A DNA stretch of 32,911 nt from a virus (taxonomy: Duplodnaviria > Caudoviricetes). The notes beneath the pieces are model-generated. The model did no database searches. It saw only the letters and a list, made by a program, of their open reading frames with translations, and was not told where the DNA came from. The translations under genes and the position numbers were made by a program. The DNA is taken from the IMG/VR virus record IMGVR_UViG_3300020045_013166, positions 1 through 32,911 of that record. The stretch is one strand, 5' to 3'. This document shows, piece after piece, positions 1-9,159 of this stretch (its first letter is position 1; the number at the start of each line of letters is the position of its first letter).

Positions 1-199
1 GAGCAATCGAGGCGACATCCACACTCAACCGAGTATAGATCGAGGAAATAATCGAGCGTTCGTTAGAGTAACTCCGACGAGCTCGATCGGGACGATATCC
101 GTACGCAGCGCCAACTTCAAACGGTCGCTCCGGACGTTCTTCTTCCTCGTTTACGAAGGCGTTCCAGGCATGCTTCAGTTTATCTCCGAATCTAGCCAT
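1..199 (-). CDS. Portal protein, 5' fragment (truncated by window edge; second allele of 10840-12180)
   Basis: Reverse complement of 1-199 nearly matches 10840-11038 (MARFGDKLKHAWNAF...), with the same AGGAGGTGAGAA RBS. Confidence 0.85.
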   Translation of the reverse strand, partial: MARFGDKLKHAWNAFVNEEEERPERPFEVGAAYGYRPDRARRSYSNERSIISSIYTRLSVDVASIA

Positions 200-232
200 T
201 TCTCACCTCCTTTCCTAAGATATGGTTGAGTG

Positions 233-679
233 TTACTTCTTGTCGTACGCGCCCTTGTCCTGCTTGTACTCGATGCGACGCGAAGCAGCCGAACTACCAA
301 CGGCAACGGCCACGTTAGCAATAGCAGCGGGAGCGCCCACCGGGTTGGCCGACATCAACGTGAACAAGGTGACTGCAGCCTTCTCGCCCCGAGTAAGTCG
401 AACTGCAGTGACTCGGTCTGGGTTCTTCAGATACGCAGTCTGCATATTTGCAACCTTGCGCTCCTGAGCACGGCGACCCTTGTCGTTCTTGCCCATTGCC
501 TCTAGCTTGAGGTGTTCGTCGCCCAGCTTAGTGCCCTGCTCGTCACGATTCTTTCGAGCAAGCTTAATCTGAGCAGTAGTCGCCTTAGCTCGGGTCTTAC
601 CCCACTTCATACCCAGCACGCCGTAGTGCGCCAGAGCCTCTTCTTCGGTGGGGAGGTCCGGCTTGTCATCGTACGTCAT
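233..679 (-). CDS. HYG-leader protein (148 aa), putative internal virion protein
   Basis: Contains ALAHYGVLGMKWG. RBS AGGAGG. Lies between terminase and portal. Homologous to 10401-10805 (N-terminus and RLTRGEKAA). Confidence 0.75.
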   Translation of the reverse strand: MTYDDKPDLPTEEEALAHYGVLGMKWGKTRAKATTAQIKLARKNRDEQGTKLGDEHLKLEAMGKNDKGRRAQERKVANMQTAYLKNPDRVTAVRLTRGEKAAVTLFTLMSANPVGAPAAIANVAVAVGSSAASRRIEYKQDKGAYDKK

Positions 680-692
680 TCGAATGCCTCCT
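676..692 (-). repeat. 17-bp direct repeat, copy 1 (AGGAGGCATTCGAATGA on minus strand)
   Basis: Matches 1461-1477 with one mismatch. Provides the RBS and ATG for the 148-aa gene. Confidence 0.8.
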
Positions 693-1464
693 ATTCATGA
701 AGTGCGTCAATGTTTTCATACTTTTTTCGAGCCTTCTTGTACAGGTAGGCATTCGTAGCTGCTTCGACGTCTTTCTCGGTTAGAGCTACAGTTCCGCCCG
801 ACTTTAACGATTTGGCTGGTGTCAAATAAATAATTGGCGCAACACTGCCGTAATGCTTAGTATCGTTAACGTCAACCAACGCGTCGTAACCTAGTTTTGT
901 ATAATGTTTACGCATAATTTCAGCAGAAACATCGCCAGTTTTTGCGCCTAAAGAAGTGTTAAATTCTCGAACGCCTTTTTTAGCAACCCACGATTCGCCT
1001 TTTGCTGCGATTCGCTGTCGATAGATGTCGTCTCGATCTTGTTTAAAAACCGTCGACATGATAGCAGCACCATACTTCATGTTCTTTTGTGCAATTGCCA
1101 AAGCATCTACAACTGCGTCTTTGTCCGTGTCCCACATCTTTTTAAACTCAGCGACCTGCGTTTTTTCAGACGCAACGTTCAGGTTCTTCTTAACTGTGAA
1201 CTTGTTTGAATATGCCGAGCCTTCAAACATCATTCGGCTAGATGCTAGGTTGCCCCGATAATTCAAAACGTCGTGTTTTTCGTGAGCACCAAAGATATGC
1301 CCCTCAAGTTTTCGAGGGGCTTTGTCAGAGATGTTATAAACGTTAGTTCCCTTTTTAACAACAATATCGCCGGAGCCTGTATCTTTGTTTCTAACACCCC
1401 ACTTCATACCTTTTACACCAAAATGCATAAGGTCGTCTAAAGAGGGCTTGTTTTCGTGAATCAT
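691..1464 (-). CDS. HYG-leader protein (257 aa) with a possible ADP-ribosyltransferase-like C-terminal domain
   Basis: LMHFGVKGMKWGVR leader. ATGA overlap with the terminase stop. Visibly AT-richer than its flanks. The LGYDALVD motif is only weakly suggestive of an ART fold. Confidence 0.7.
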   Translation of the reverse strand: MIHENKPSLDDLMHFGVKGMKWGVRNKDTGSGDIVVKKGTNVYNISDKAPRKLEGHIFGAHEKHDVLNYRGNLASSRMMFEGSAYSNKFTVKKNLNVASEKTQVAEFKKMWDTDKDAVVDALAIAQKNMKYGAAIMSTVFKQDRDDIYRQRIAAKGESWVAKKGVREFNTSLGAKTGDVSAEIMRKHYTKLGYDALVDVNDTKHYGSVAPIIYLTPAKSLKSGGTVALTEKDVEAATNAYLYKKARKKYENIDALHE

Positions 1465-1477
1465 TCGAAAGCCTCCT
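1461..1477 (-). repeat. 17-bp direct repeat, copy 2 (AGGAGGCTTTCGAATGA, terminase 3' end)
   Basis: Encodes terminase EAFE-stop and the start of the 257-aa gene. Also present on the plus strand at 10388-10404. Confidence 0.8.
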
Positions 1478-3212
1478 TATTGGCTTTGAACGCTACGTAA
1501 GCATCCATCAAAGCAGAAACGTTGTCGATCTTGTCTTCCTGTCGCTTCTTGAGAAGCTTCCGGTTTCCGTTGGTGTCTTCCAGAGTAATGGAGTTACCCA
1601 TCGCAAACGTCATCAGCCCCTGATCGAAGATGAGCGATCGTTCTTCGCTAAGTTTCTTCAATTCACCAAGAGGAACAGATTCCGTTCGAGCTCCCTGAAT
1701 AACCTTCTCGACACCGAAGGCTCCGTTCTCTGCTTCCCAGCGCGTGACGAACTCTTTAGCGTTGTACGGGTCAAAGCCGAAGGTCCGAACGTCGTACTCG
1801 TTCCTTTCAATGAACGCATCGAGATCGTCGTAGACATCCATCATGTCCAAGATGTTGCCATCAAAAACGTGAAGACTGCCTTCAGTAATGAACTCATCGT
1901 ACTTTGCGCGCATTGCACCTGGCAGCTTCATCAACGTCATAGACGTAATGTAGCTTCGAGTCTTGACTCCATAGGTCTCGTTCCCCAAAGGAAAGAAGAA
2001 CGTGAACGCACAGAAGTCGTCACCTTGTGAAAGGTCGGCACCCAAAGAACAGGGCATACGCCAGAATTCTCGCGCCCGGTGAGGAAGAGTTTCTTCGTAC
2101 GTAAAGAAGTAGGTGTAGCCTTCCATGGGAATGCCGAATCGCTTGGCAAGAATATCGTTACGAGAGGCAGGGGCTTTCTCCGCTCGTTCGACGTCCTGCT
2201 GATATGTGTCGTAGGTTACAGTCTTACCGAGGTTAGGCTGTGCCTTCAACCACATTGCGGGATCAGCCACTTCTTCGATCTCGTCGAGCTTGTAATGCCA
2301 AATGGAAACGTGAGGGGCGATGTAGTCGCCTTTAAGAATGTCAGAAAGTTCCATTTTGATGGTATCACCGGATCCGTTACGGACCGTTCCTTCAGAGCTG
2401 ATGGCGACGATCAGATAGTCGTCAAGTTTCGACGCTCCCTGTTCTACCGCGCCAACAACGTCTTCTCGGATGTCACCAGAAAGCCATTCGTCAACCGTAG
2501 AGATCTTAGGACGGAGACCCTGAAGCTTGTTGATGGACATCGGTCTGACTTCCAGGATTGAACCTGTCAGAAAGTTTTCGATGCCCTTCTTGGTGGACGC
2601 CAACTTAACTCGGTTGGCTTTTGACCCGGTGGTGTTCTGCAAAGAACCTTCGGTTAGGAAGGCAAAGAGTGGACCTTTGGATCTAGTGATAGCAGTACGG
2701 ATTGGCGACATAACTTCGTCCGCCTGCTTCATGGTTGGTGCCGTAGTGATCTGATGCGTGGTGGCTGTGTCGACATTCAAGAAGTAACTTTGGATGCAAG
2801 ATGCGTACATTGACTTTGCTGCCCCTCGGGCAACGATCAAGTACTGCTTGGTGGTTAGCCTCTTCTTGATTGTCTTGGTTACATACTTACCGCCGTGATT
2901 GTCTTCGTCTGGCTGGTACACCTGTCGATCGACAAAGTAATACCAACCAAAGATCTGCTCTGCCCAAAGCTTGAACGAGGGAAGCAAATTTAAGTCGCTA
3001 CCATCGGTCAAAGTTAGCTCGTTCTCGCAGTAAAGAATGAATCCTTCAACTGCAAGATCGTCGTAGTAGATGTTCGGGTTGGCGATGAGCGCATCGACGC
3101 GGTTCATCTCCATGGCAACTTCCCGGTTTACAGGAACATCGCCCCGAAGTACCGCGTCGCGGAATTGCCCATAGTACGTGGGCACCGCTTTGTTAGAAAG
3201 CCCCATCGCCAA
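1461..3212 (-). CDS. terL: Terminase large subunit
   Basis: Walker A-like VARGAAKS, Walker B STVDE, nuclease motifs LGADLS, GFDPYN and KIDNVSALMDA. Upstream of portal. Confidence 0.95.
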   Translation of the reverse strand: MAMGLSNKAVPTYYGQFRDAVLRGDVPVNREVAMEMNRVDALIANPNIYYDDLAVEGFILYCENELTLTDGSDLNLLPSFKLWAEQIFGWYYFVDRQVYQPDEDNHGGKYVTKTIKKRLTTKQYLIVARGAAKSMYASCIQSYFLNVDTATTHQITTAPTMKQADEVMSPIRTAITRSKGPLFAFLTEGSLQNTTGSKANRVKLASTKKGIENFLTGSILEVRPMSINKLQGLRPKISTVDEWLSGDIREDVVGAVEQGASKLDDYLIVAISSEGTVRNGSGDTIKMELSDILKGDYIAPHVSIWHYKLDEIEEVADPAMWLKAQPNLGKTVTYDTYQQDVERAEKAPASRNDILAKRFGIPMEGYTYFFTYEETLPHRAREFWRMPCSLGADLSQGDDFCAFTFFFPLGNETYGVKTRSYITSMTLMKLPGAMRAKYDEFITEGSLHVFDGNILDMMDVYDDLDAFIERNEYDVRTFGFDPYNAKEFVTRWEAENGAFGVEKVIQGARTESVPLGELKKLSEERSLIFDQGLMTFAMGNSITLEDTNGNRKLLKKRQEDKIDNVSALMDAYVAFKANKEAFE

Positions 3213-3221
3213 CCCTCCCTT

Positions 3222-3647
3222 CTATCGTCCAGCCATTGCCTTGGCAACCTTCTTGGTGAGCTGATCCTGCGCGATTCGTCGCACTTCTTGCTTGCCCATC
3301 TGAACAAGCATGTCAGCAACAGCTTTTCCGGCGACCTTCTTGATCGACGGATTGAGCGTGCTGTACTGGCGTTCCAGGTTCATTCGTTCCACAAGAACCT
3401 TGAGTTCCGCGTTGGAAAGAGCGTTTGGCCCGGACTTCTTTGCTGCTTGCTTGTAAGCATCCGCTTTCACTGCGTCTTCTGAAGCAGGAAGATCGCCACC
3501 CTTACGAGTTTTGATCTTCGAAGGGGATCGCCCTGTTCCGCGAAACACTTGAACTTCCGGTTGCCCAGAGTCTTCCGACTTTCGCCGGCCCCACTTCATA
3601 CCCTTGACGCCGTAGTGCGTGAGGGCGTTGGGTTCAGCCACGGTCAC
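3222..3647 (-). CDS. HYG-leader protein (~140 aa), basic; start may be the GTG at 3641
   Basis: ALTHYGVKGMKWGRRK leader followed by an LSNAELKVLVERMNLERQY helix. AAGGAG RBS. Confidence 0.75.
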   Translation of the reverse strand: MTVAEPNALTHYGVKGMKWGRRKSEDSGQPEVQVFRGTGRSPSKIKTRKGGDLPASEDAVKADAYKQAAKKSGPNALSNAELKVLVERMNLERQYSTLNPSIKKVAGKAVADMLVQMGKQEVRRIAQDQLTKKVAKAMAGR

Positions 3648-3653
3648 TCCTTC

Positions 3654-5246
3654 CTACATCGTTACCAGTGGAATCTGCACAACTCCACTGACCATGGCGC
3701 CGTCCGCATTGAGCGAGAGCGCTGTAGTAAGAGAAGCTTGGCTGGGCAGAATATGTGCCATTACGGGCTTTCCGTAGGACTTGATCGTCGTCCACGTCCC
3801 CGAGGCCGCACCATACTCCATACCCAGAATATCTCCCTGAGCATGGAAAGAAGCGAATGTGTCACTCTCGTAGAACATCGCATTGGTGGCGAATCCTTCG
3901 GCTCGAGCCAGAGTGAGCCACGAGTTGTTGCTGTTTCCAGGAACAGATTTGGCAACGATCTTGTCTTGCCATTCCGGACGGTTTTTGAGAATGGAAACAA
4001 GCTCAGCACGATGAGCCAACGCCGACTTGGGGTCGATGAAGATGACGTGAGTGCTGAGGTAAGCATCCAGAATATCCTCGAGCGTTGTGTACGGCTGGTG
4101 AAGCGAGTTCACCGGAGCGCCGGTAGCCGGCAACATGTCGTAGGCCTGAATAGCTGCCCACGTCATTGCCGAAGCAACGTGGGTAGTACCAGATCCCCCG
4201 CCCGTACCAAGAGAGGTTCGATCCAGACTTGCGTCATGAAGACCAAACCAAACGCCGTCAGAAGAACGAGCAAGACTGCACTCCAGAGCGCCGTAGCCAC
4301 GAATGGCAGATTGCGTGTATCCCTGAAGACTCTGCTCGGGCCAGTTTCTCGATCCGCCACGATGAGAGCAGTAGAAGAAATCCTGGGCCAACATCTCGGT
4401 GACCGAGTCGTAACCGTCGTGCACCATACCGGCCCAAGTAACAGGCAGGTTGGTGCTGCTACCGCTGCGGACGTACCATTCGCCGTCAAGTACAGCGGCA
4501 CCATCCCAGAGCTTTCCTGGATAACCGGAAGGAATTACGCCGCTGGCAGGGATGCCGATCTGAAGCGCAGCTCCGTTGGTGGCCTGCGTGTTGATGTTGG
4601 TAAACGTGACGACGCCCGAGGCGCCAGCGGTTGCTATCGGCTTACTGGCGATGGCAATAGTTCCGCCACCCGAACCGGTTATGTAAGCATCACGCTTAGT
4701 CCAACCCGTTCCCGAAACCGTCAGATCAGCAGCGGTTTCGGCAGCACTGGTACGTTCCACACCAAAGGCAAACACCATGGTGTCGACCAAAGTGGTCGTG
4801 ATTTCCGGTGCGTTTGTATTGAACGTTCCGCCTGAAGCAGCTCTTGTTCCTTGCGTTCCGATGACCCAGTCACCAACGTCTTTGGCGTCCGCACCGTCAA
4901 TCCAGAACGTGGTGATGGTTGCCTTGTTCACGCTGGCAGTGTTTGTCTGAGTGATCTCGTAGTTTGTTTCGCCGACTTCCCGGCGTTTCACCCACAAGGC
5001 CCAGGCCGTGCTGACCGAGGTTCCCATGTTTTGCCAAGCAACGAGCTCTGTAAAACCAGTCGGTTTGATCGGAAGTACAGCGTTGGCAGTTGAAGCCGAA
5101 GCAACGACGTACATGAAAATGAAGTCGCCTGCAACCGGATTCGTTCCGGTAGTTCCCGCAGACATGTTGATCGTGAAAGGAGAGGCGTCATTCGGACTGT
5201 GGTAAGCAGTCAAATAACCTTTGATGGTTGCGCTAGGCATTGTCAT
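3654..5246 (-). CDS. Virion-associated protein with C-terminal glycerophosphodiester phosphodiesterase (GDPD) domain
   Basis: GDPD motifs HRGG..WPEQSL, LECSL..SSDG, HDASLDRT and ADGAM. Thr/Gly-rich beta-type N-terminal half. Confidence 0.8.
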   Translation of the reverse strand: MTMPSATIKGYLTAYHSPNDASPFTINMSAGTTGTNPVAGDFIFMYVVASASTANAVLPIKPTGFTELVAWQNMGTSVSTAWALWVKRREVGETNYEITQTNTASVNKATITTFWIDGADAKDVGDWVIGTQGTRAASGGTFNTNAPEITTTLVDTMVFAFGVERTSAAETAADLTVSGTGWTKRDAYITGSGGGTIAIASKPIATAGASGVVTFTNINTQATNGAALQIGIPASGVIPSGYPGKLWDGAAVLDGEWYVRSGSSTNLPVTWAGMVHDGYDSVTEMLAQDFFYCSHRGGSRNWPEQSLQGYTQSAIRGYGALECSLARSSDGVWFGLHDASLDRTSLGTGGGSGTTHVASAMTWAAIQAYDMLPATGAPVNSLHQPYTTLEDILDAYLSTHVIFIDPKSALAHRAELVSILKNRPEWQDKIVAKSVPGNSNNSWLTLARAEGFATNAMFYESDTFASFHAQGDILGMEYGAASGTWTTIKSYGKPVMAHILPSQASLTTALSLNADGAMVSGVVQIPLVTM

Positions 5247-5602
5247 ACGACCACCACAACAATCGGGTAGAGCTTTCCTTCACGGTACACGTTCAGACGC
5301 CATTCGAGCTCCGCGATCTGCTTCTCCATCGCAGTGATGAGGTAGGAGGTCGTCGGAGGATCGAATAGCATCCGAACGCGTAGGTAGATGTAGGTCTTGG
5401 CAGGGTTGAGCAGAACATCGTCGCCCAGAAAATCAGACCACTCTGCAGAAGCATCCTCGATCGAGAAGCCATTGTCTGGCCCAATACCCAGCTGGTGCAG
5501 AACGCCGAACATCGAGTTGATGTGCATGAGAATATCGCTGTCGAAAGCTGTGTAGCTCTCTTCTACTCCCAGCACCTTCTTGACGCTATTGAGGATGCTC
5601 AC
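5243..5602 (-). CDS. Head-to-tail adaptor-like protein
   Basis: SILNSVKKVLG..FDSDILMHIN..KTYIYLRVRMLFDPP..ELEWRL pattern typical of adaptors in this phage group. Confidence 0.7.
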   Translation of the reverse strand: MSILNSVKKVLGVEESYTAFDSDILMHINSMFGVLHQLGIGPDNGFSIEDASAEWSDFLGDDVLLNPAKTYIYLRVRMLFDPPTTSYLITAMEKQIAELEWRLNVYREGKLYPIVVVVV

Positions 5603-5615
5603 GTGGTCTCACCTC

Positions 5616-6458
5616 CTAGTTGATCTTGTATCGCTTCCTCGCGGCGAGGTAAGCGGCTTCGGTCTTGGGGCCCCAGACACCGTCGGCGGTAAGGCCGAGA
5701 GCCTTCTGGATCTCCTTGATCCACGAAGTCAGAGCAGCGGCAGACCGAGGTCCCCACTTTCCGTCTCCGGGAGTATCGATGATCGCCTGGATCTTCTTGA
5801 TATCCAGATTGACCGTGATCGCCTGAGCTGCACTGTGCATCAGCTGGGCGTGAGAATCGGTCTTCGATCCCCAGTTACCGTCAGGCTCAACTTCGAGAGC
5901 CCTCTGGATTTTCTGGACAGCCGCGGTCTGTTCCGGAGAGACAGGCTTTGCGGGCTGAGCCGGCTGCGGCTTGACCGGAGGCTTGGGCTTCGGAACGCCG
6001 AAATCCTTCAGCAGCCAGTTCGTCTTGGTGGCCGAGTCGGCGGACTGAGTGAAGTCCGAGTTGACATGCACGTGCTTGTCGTGCTTGTTGCTGCCGGTGT
6101 ACTTGCGGGTCTTGAAGTTGTCCCGCTTGTGCCAGATCCGCCCGTTGAAAATGAAGTAGCGAACCCACGGCAGCTTGCCGTTCCGAGCGTTCTTGATCCA
6201 GTGCTGGACGACCTTCTCCATGGTCACGCCATGGGTGTCCTTGAGATCCTTGTCGATGTCACGAGCACGAACCTCGTTGCGACTGTCACCGTCCCGATAT
6301 TCCGGCGAACCGGTCTTGTCGGGATTGTGGCTGGAAGGACGAGCAGCATGACTCGTGTTTCCGATCGCGCCGTCGCTTGCCTTGTCCCGCTTCGGGAAGC
6401 GAGCGTTCATCTGGTCGAGAAGCTCGTTGAGGTTTGGAACCACGGTCCACGATGCCAT
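5616..6458 (-). CDS. Endolysin: N-terminal metallopeptidase-like domain, Pro-rich linker, C-terminal peptidoglycan-binding repeats
   Basis: SDGAIG..H...SSHNP, ARDID and HDKHVHVN motifs. PKPKPPVKPQP linker. Three DGxWGxK/R repeats (PG_binding_1 type). Confidence 0.85.
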   Translation of the reverse strand: MASWTVVPNLNELLDQMNARFPKRDKASDGAIGNTSHAARPSSHNPDKTGSPEYRDGDSRNEVRARDIDKDLKDTHGVTMEKVVQHWIKNARNGKLPWVRYFIFNGRIWHKRDNFKTRKYTGSNKHDKHVHVNSDFTQSADSATKTNWLLKDFGVPKPKPPVKPQPAQPAKPVSPEQTAAVQKIQRALEVEPDGNWGSKTDSHAQLMHSAAQAITVNLDIKKIQAIIDTPGDGKWGPRSAAALTSWIKEIQKALGLTADGVWGPKTEAAYLAARKRYKIN

Positions 6459-6589
6459 CAGATGTCCTCCTCTTCATTCTGCGGCCAGTCGGCCTGATCG
6501 GCGTCGTCCCAGGGATCCGGGAGTTCTTCGCCGATGTTCTGTTCGACGTCTTCGTCGGTCTCGTGCGGATCGATGCTGTTCTCTTCCAT
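6458..6589 (-). CDS. 43-aa highly acidic peptide, translationally coupled to the endolysin (not in ORF track)
   Basis: AAGGAGG RBS and ATG at 6589. Translates as MEENSIDPHETDEDVEQNIGEELPDPWDDADQADWPQNEEEDI. Its TGA overlaps the lysin ATG (TGATG). Confidence 0.75.
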   Translation of the reverse strand: MEENSIDPHETDEDVEQNIGEELPDPWDDADQADWPQNEEEDI

Positions 6590-6601
6590 GAGTCCTCCTT
6601 G

Positions 6602-8392
6602 TCAGGAAATCTTGCGGTAAGACAGACGCGAGTGAGCTTTCACGACAAGACTCGTCGCGTTCGATGTTGCCTGCGCGTACTGGATAGCGAATGTTCCCGC
6701 CGTGGTAACGATCAAGGTGCCGGTAAATGCAACGGCAACCTCGAGCGCGTCGACACCACCTGATTGAGTGTCTGTGTTGAGGTTCGTGGTTTCGAAAATA
6801 CCGTCGCCGACCGTAGTGGTGGTAGCAGCGGTGGTGATCCTGGTGCAAGCGAACTTGCCCGTTGCCGAAGCAGCGTGGTTGAAGCGGTACTTCAGATCGC
6901 CGGCTGCAGGACAGGTGTAAATAAGAACACCCTCGACGACGTAGGTGCCGGCCGTGGTCGGGAAAGTCAGAATGCCGTCGGTGACCAGCGTAGTGCTGGA
7001 AGTAACAGCAGTCGCATCCGAGGTACGAACCTTGTCGATCGGAATGTTTGGAGCAGCGAAGTTCCGAAGAACAACGTCGTTGTACCGCTCGATCTGAGAA
7101 GGAACAACTGCAGTCGGATCGATGATCACAGAACCAACAAGCTGAGCAGTGTCGGCCCGAACAATTCGAATGTCACCGCCCGTTGAACCCGATTCGAGTT
7201 CGAACAAAGCGAAAGGCCGGCTGCCGGTGTTGAGCGTGTTCCGAATACGAACGCCGGTCACGTCGAGGGAGAACGGGTTGGTAGCACCGCCCGAATATCC
7301 CTTGAAGAAGCTCCGCTGGCCGGAAGTGTCGGCGATGGTGGTAGTCATGGCGGTGATGGTGTGGATCGTGACCCGGCAGTCGAAATATGCCCGGAACAGT
7401 CCGCTGTTCGGCGCCAGCGTGATGCCCTCGAAGTGAACCGACTGGAAGAGCATGTTCCGGCATTCCTGCAGGAAGACGACTTCGTTCGGCGGAAGACACC
7501 ACTCGACGTTGAACTGACTGAAGACCGACTCTTCCCATGCCCGGAATACAATGGGCGGAGCCGAGCAAGCTGCAGCCGAACCGAAGAAGTTGTTGTGGCA
7601 GTAGATGTTGTTCCACGAGTTGCCGGTCGAGCTGGCGGAACCCGGAAGCCACGTACGGAAATCGATTGCCGAGATCGCCCAGCCGTTGATCCGAATGTTC
7701 TCGAAGACGCAGGAGAAGACCGTGTTGGAAGTAGTGCTTCCGATGGTCGGAGCTTCCTGCGGCATGTAGAAACCGCGCGCGTGGTTCTCGGTGACCAGAT
7801 TGCTGAACCGAGAAACAACGCAGTTGGTGAATTCAAAACCACTGGCATTGGTCTGAGCCGAAGTCGGGTTGGTCGAGTCGTAAACCCGAAGCCCGTCAAT
7901 ATCCTGACCACTGCCGCCGAACCGAACGCACGCCGTGTTGGCCGTGGTCTGAACCAGACGAAGACCGTTGAACCGAGCGGTGAAACCATGCCCGGTCATG
8001 TCAATCTTGGCGTTGATGTTGACGGAAATGGCGCCGAGGTCGTTGATCAGCGGCTTGTCCGCAGCTTGAGCCGCAGCGATGGCGGCATTCAAACCGGTGA
8101 CGTTCGCTGCAGCAGAACCAGTACCCAGCGTGTGTGCAGAGAGAGCGATGCCTTCGACAATTCCCCCACCACCTCCGCCGGAGGAAGCGATGGTGATCGT
8201 GCCGGCCGCATCGTTGTAGGTGACCGTGACGTTTGCGCCGGCAACAATATGGGCGCCCATCAGATCCTGAACCGCTTCGGTCAGATCGCTGATACTGGAA
8301 GCCGGCTGAACTCCGGTGTGACTGCCGCGAGCTTTGGCAATGGTGAGAAGTTCATCCATCGCATCTGCGGTGTAGCCAACAATAGTCGACAT
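6602..8392 (-). CDS. Tailspike/receptor-binding protein with probable parallel beta-helix (pectin-lyase-like) domain
   Basis: N-terminal ARGSHTGVQPASSISDL fibre motif and poly-Gly hinge. Asn/Phe-rich repeats (FENIRI, WNNIYC, FSQFNVE, FQSVHFE). C-terminal beta-sandwich-like region. Confidence 0.7.
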   Translation of the reverse strand: MSTIVGYTADAMDELLTIAKARGSHTGVQPASSISDLTEAVQDLMGAHIVAGANVTVTYNDAAGTITIASSGGGGGGIVEGIALSAHTLGTGSAAANVTGLNAAIAAAQAADKPLINDLGAISVNINAKIDMTGHGFTARFNGLRLVQTTANTACVRFGGSGQDIDGLRVYDSTNPTSAQTNASGFEFTNCVVSRFSNLVTENHARGFYMPQEAPTIGSTTSNTVFSCVFENIRINGWAISAIDFRTWLPGSASSTGNSWNNIYCHNNFFGSAAACSAPPIVFRAWEESVFSQFNVEWCLPPNEVVFLQECRNMLFQSVHFEGITLAPNSGLFRAYFDCRVTIHTITAMTTTIADTSGQRSFFKGYSGGATNPFSLDVTGVRIRNTLNTGSRPFALFELESGSTGGDIRIVRADTAQLVGSVIIDPTAVVPSQIERYNDVVLRNFAAPNIPIDKVRTSDATAVTSSTTLVTDGILTFPTTAGTYVVEGVLIYTCPAAGDLKYRFNHAASATGKFACTRITTAATTTTVGDGIFETTNLNTDTQSGGVDALEVAVAFTGTLIVTTAGTFAIQYAQATSNATSLVVKAHSRLSYRKIS

Positions 8393-8413
8393 GCTCGATT
8401 CCTTTCTATGGGC

Positions 8414-8821
8414 TCACCACAGCTTTGTGTCGCCGGATGTGCGTTCAATGAGTGGTCGAGGAAGTAGGCCTTCATCGCCGTAATGGATTGCGTTGTGTGT
8501 TCGGTGTGAGACTGTGATCAGAAAATCCGGATTGAGAATGTCTTCGTCGCCTTGCTCGATCTGCTCCGCCGTCATAGGATTCATGTGGTGGATTGCAAGA
8601 CGCTCGTGGATCTCGTGTCCAGGAATTCCCAGATCGCAACCTTCATCTCTGACGATGATCTCGTGCCGAAGGTTACGCCATTCCCTTGACGTGTAGAAAG
8701 CTTGATTGATCCATCGGTCGAAACCGAAAGTTGAATGGCCGACAGTTCCCCGGAGCGACAAGTACTTGAATCGCTCTTCCAAAGTTTCAAGACGACGGAG
8801 TTCCCGATAGCTTCTAATCAT
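8414..8821 (-). CDS. HNH endonuclease (packaging-associated)
   Basis: FYTSREW..R..IIVRD..CDLG..IHHMN..LITVSHRTHNAIH. Adjacent to the small terminase. Confidence 0.9.
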   Translation of the reverse strand: MIRSYRELRRLETLEERFKYLSLRGTVGHSTFGFDRWINQAFYTSREWRNLRHEIIVRDEGCDLGIPGHEIHERLAIHHMNPMTAEQIEQGDEDILNPDFLITVSHRTHNAIHYGDEGLLPRPLIERTSGDTKLW

Positions 8822-9159
8822 TCGGGGCGTTCCTGAACGTCTCGACCAGAATACGCACTCATCGCAGCCAAGGCTTCGGCGTAACGACGTTCGGTGTCTT
8901 GCTGGTTTGCGAGTTGCGCAATCTTTGCGGCAGTCAGTTCGTTCTCATGCTGAAGTCTTTGCTGTTCTAGTTTCTCTCGAGTGGAACCGAGCTTCAGGTA
9001 GTGTGTAATAACCTGTGCTGACGCAGTTCCATCAAGAAGCTGTTGCTCTGCTCGGTCAACCGCGGCTGCGATCAGCTGCTGCTCACGGGCCTCAGGAGTT
9101 TTGGCCGGTTGACGACGGGATCCGACGGAGGCCGAGTTACTTTCTCGTCTAGCAGCCAC
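8818..9159 (-). CDS. Probable terminase small subunit
   Basis: First gene of the left-arm operon. GAAAGGAG RBS and GTG start. PAKTPEAREQQLI..GTASAQVITHYLKLG helical pattern. Precedes HNH. Confidence 0.6.
   Translation of the reverse strand: MAARRESNSASVGSRRQPAKTPEAREQQLIAAAVDRAEQQLLDGTASAQVITHYLKLGSTREKLEQQRLQHENELTAAKIAQLANQQDTERRYAEALAAMSAYSGRDVQERPE

Noticed and set aside
6474-6848. 124-aa Arg/His-rich minus-strand ORF
   Set aside because: Out-of-frame overlap of the tailspike end. The 43-aa acidic ORF with a strong RBS explains the interval better.
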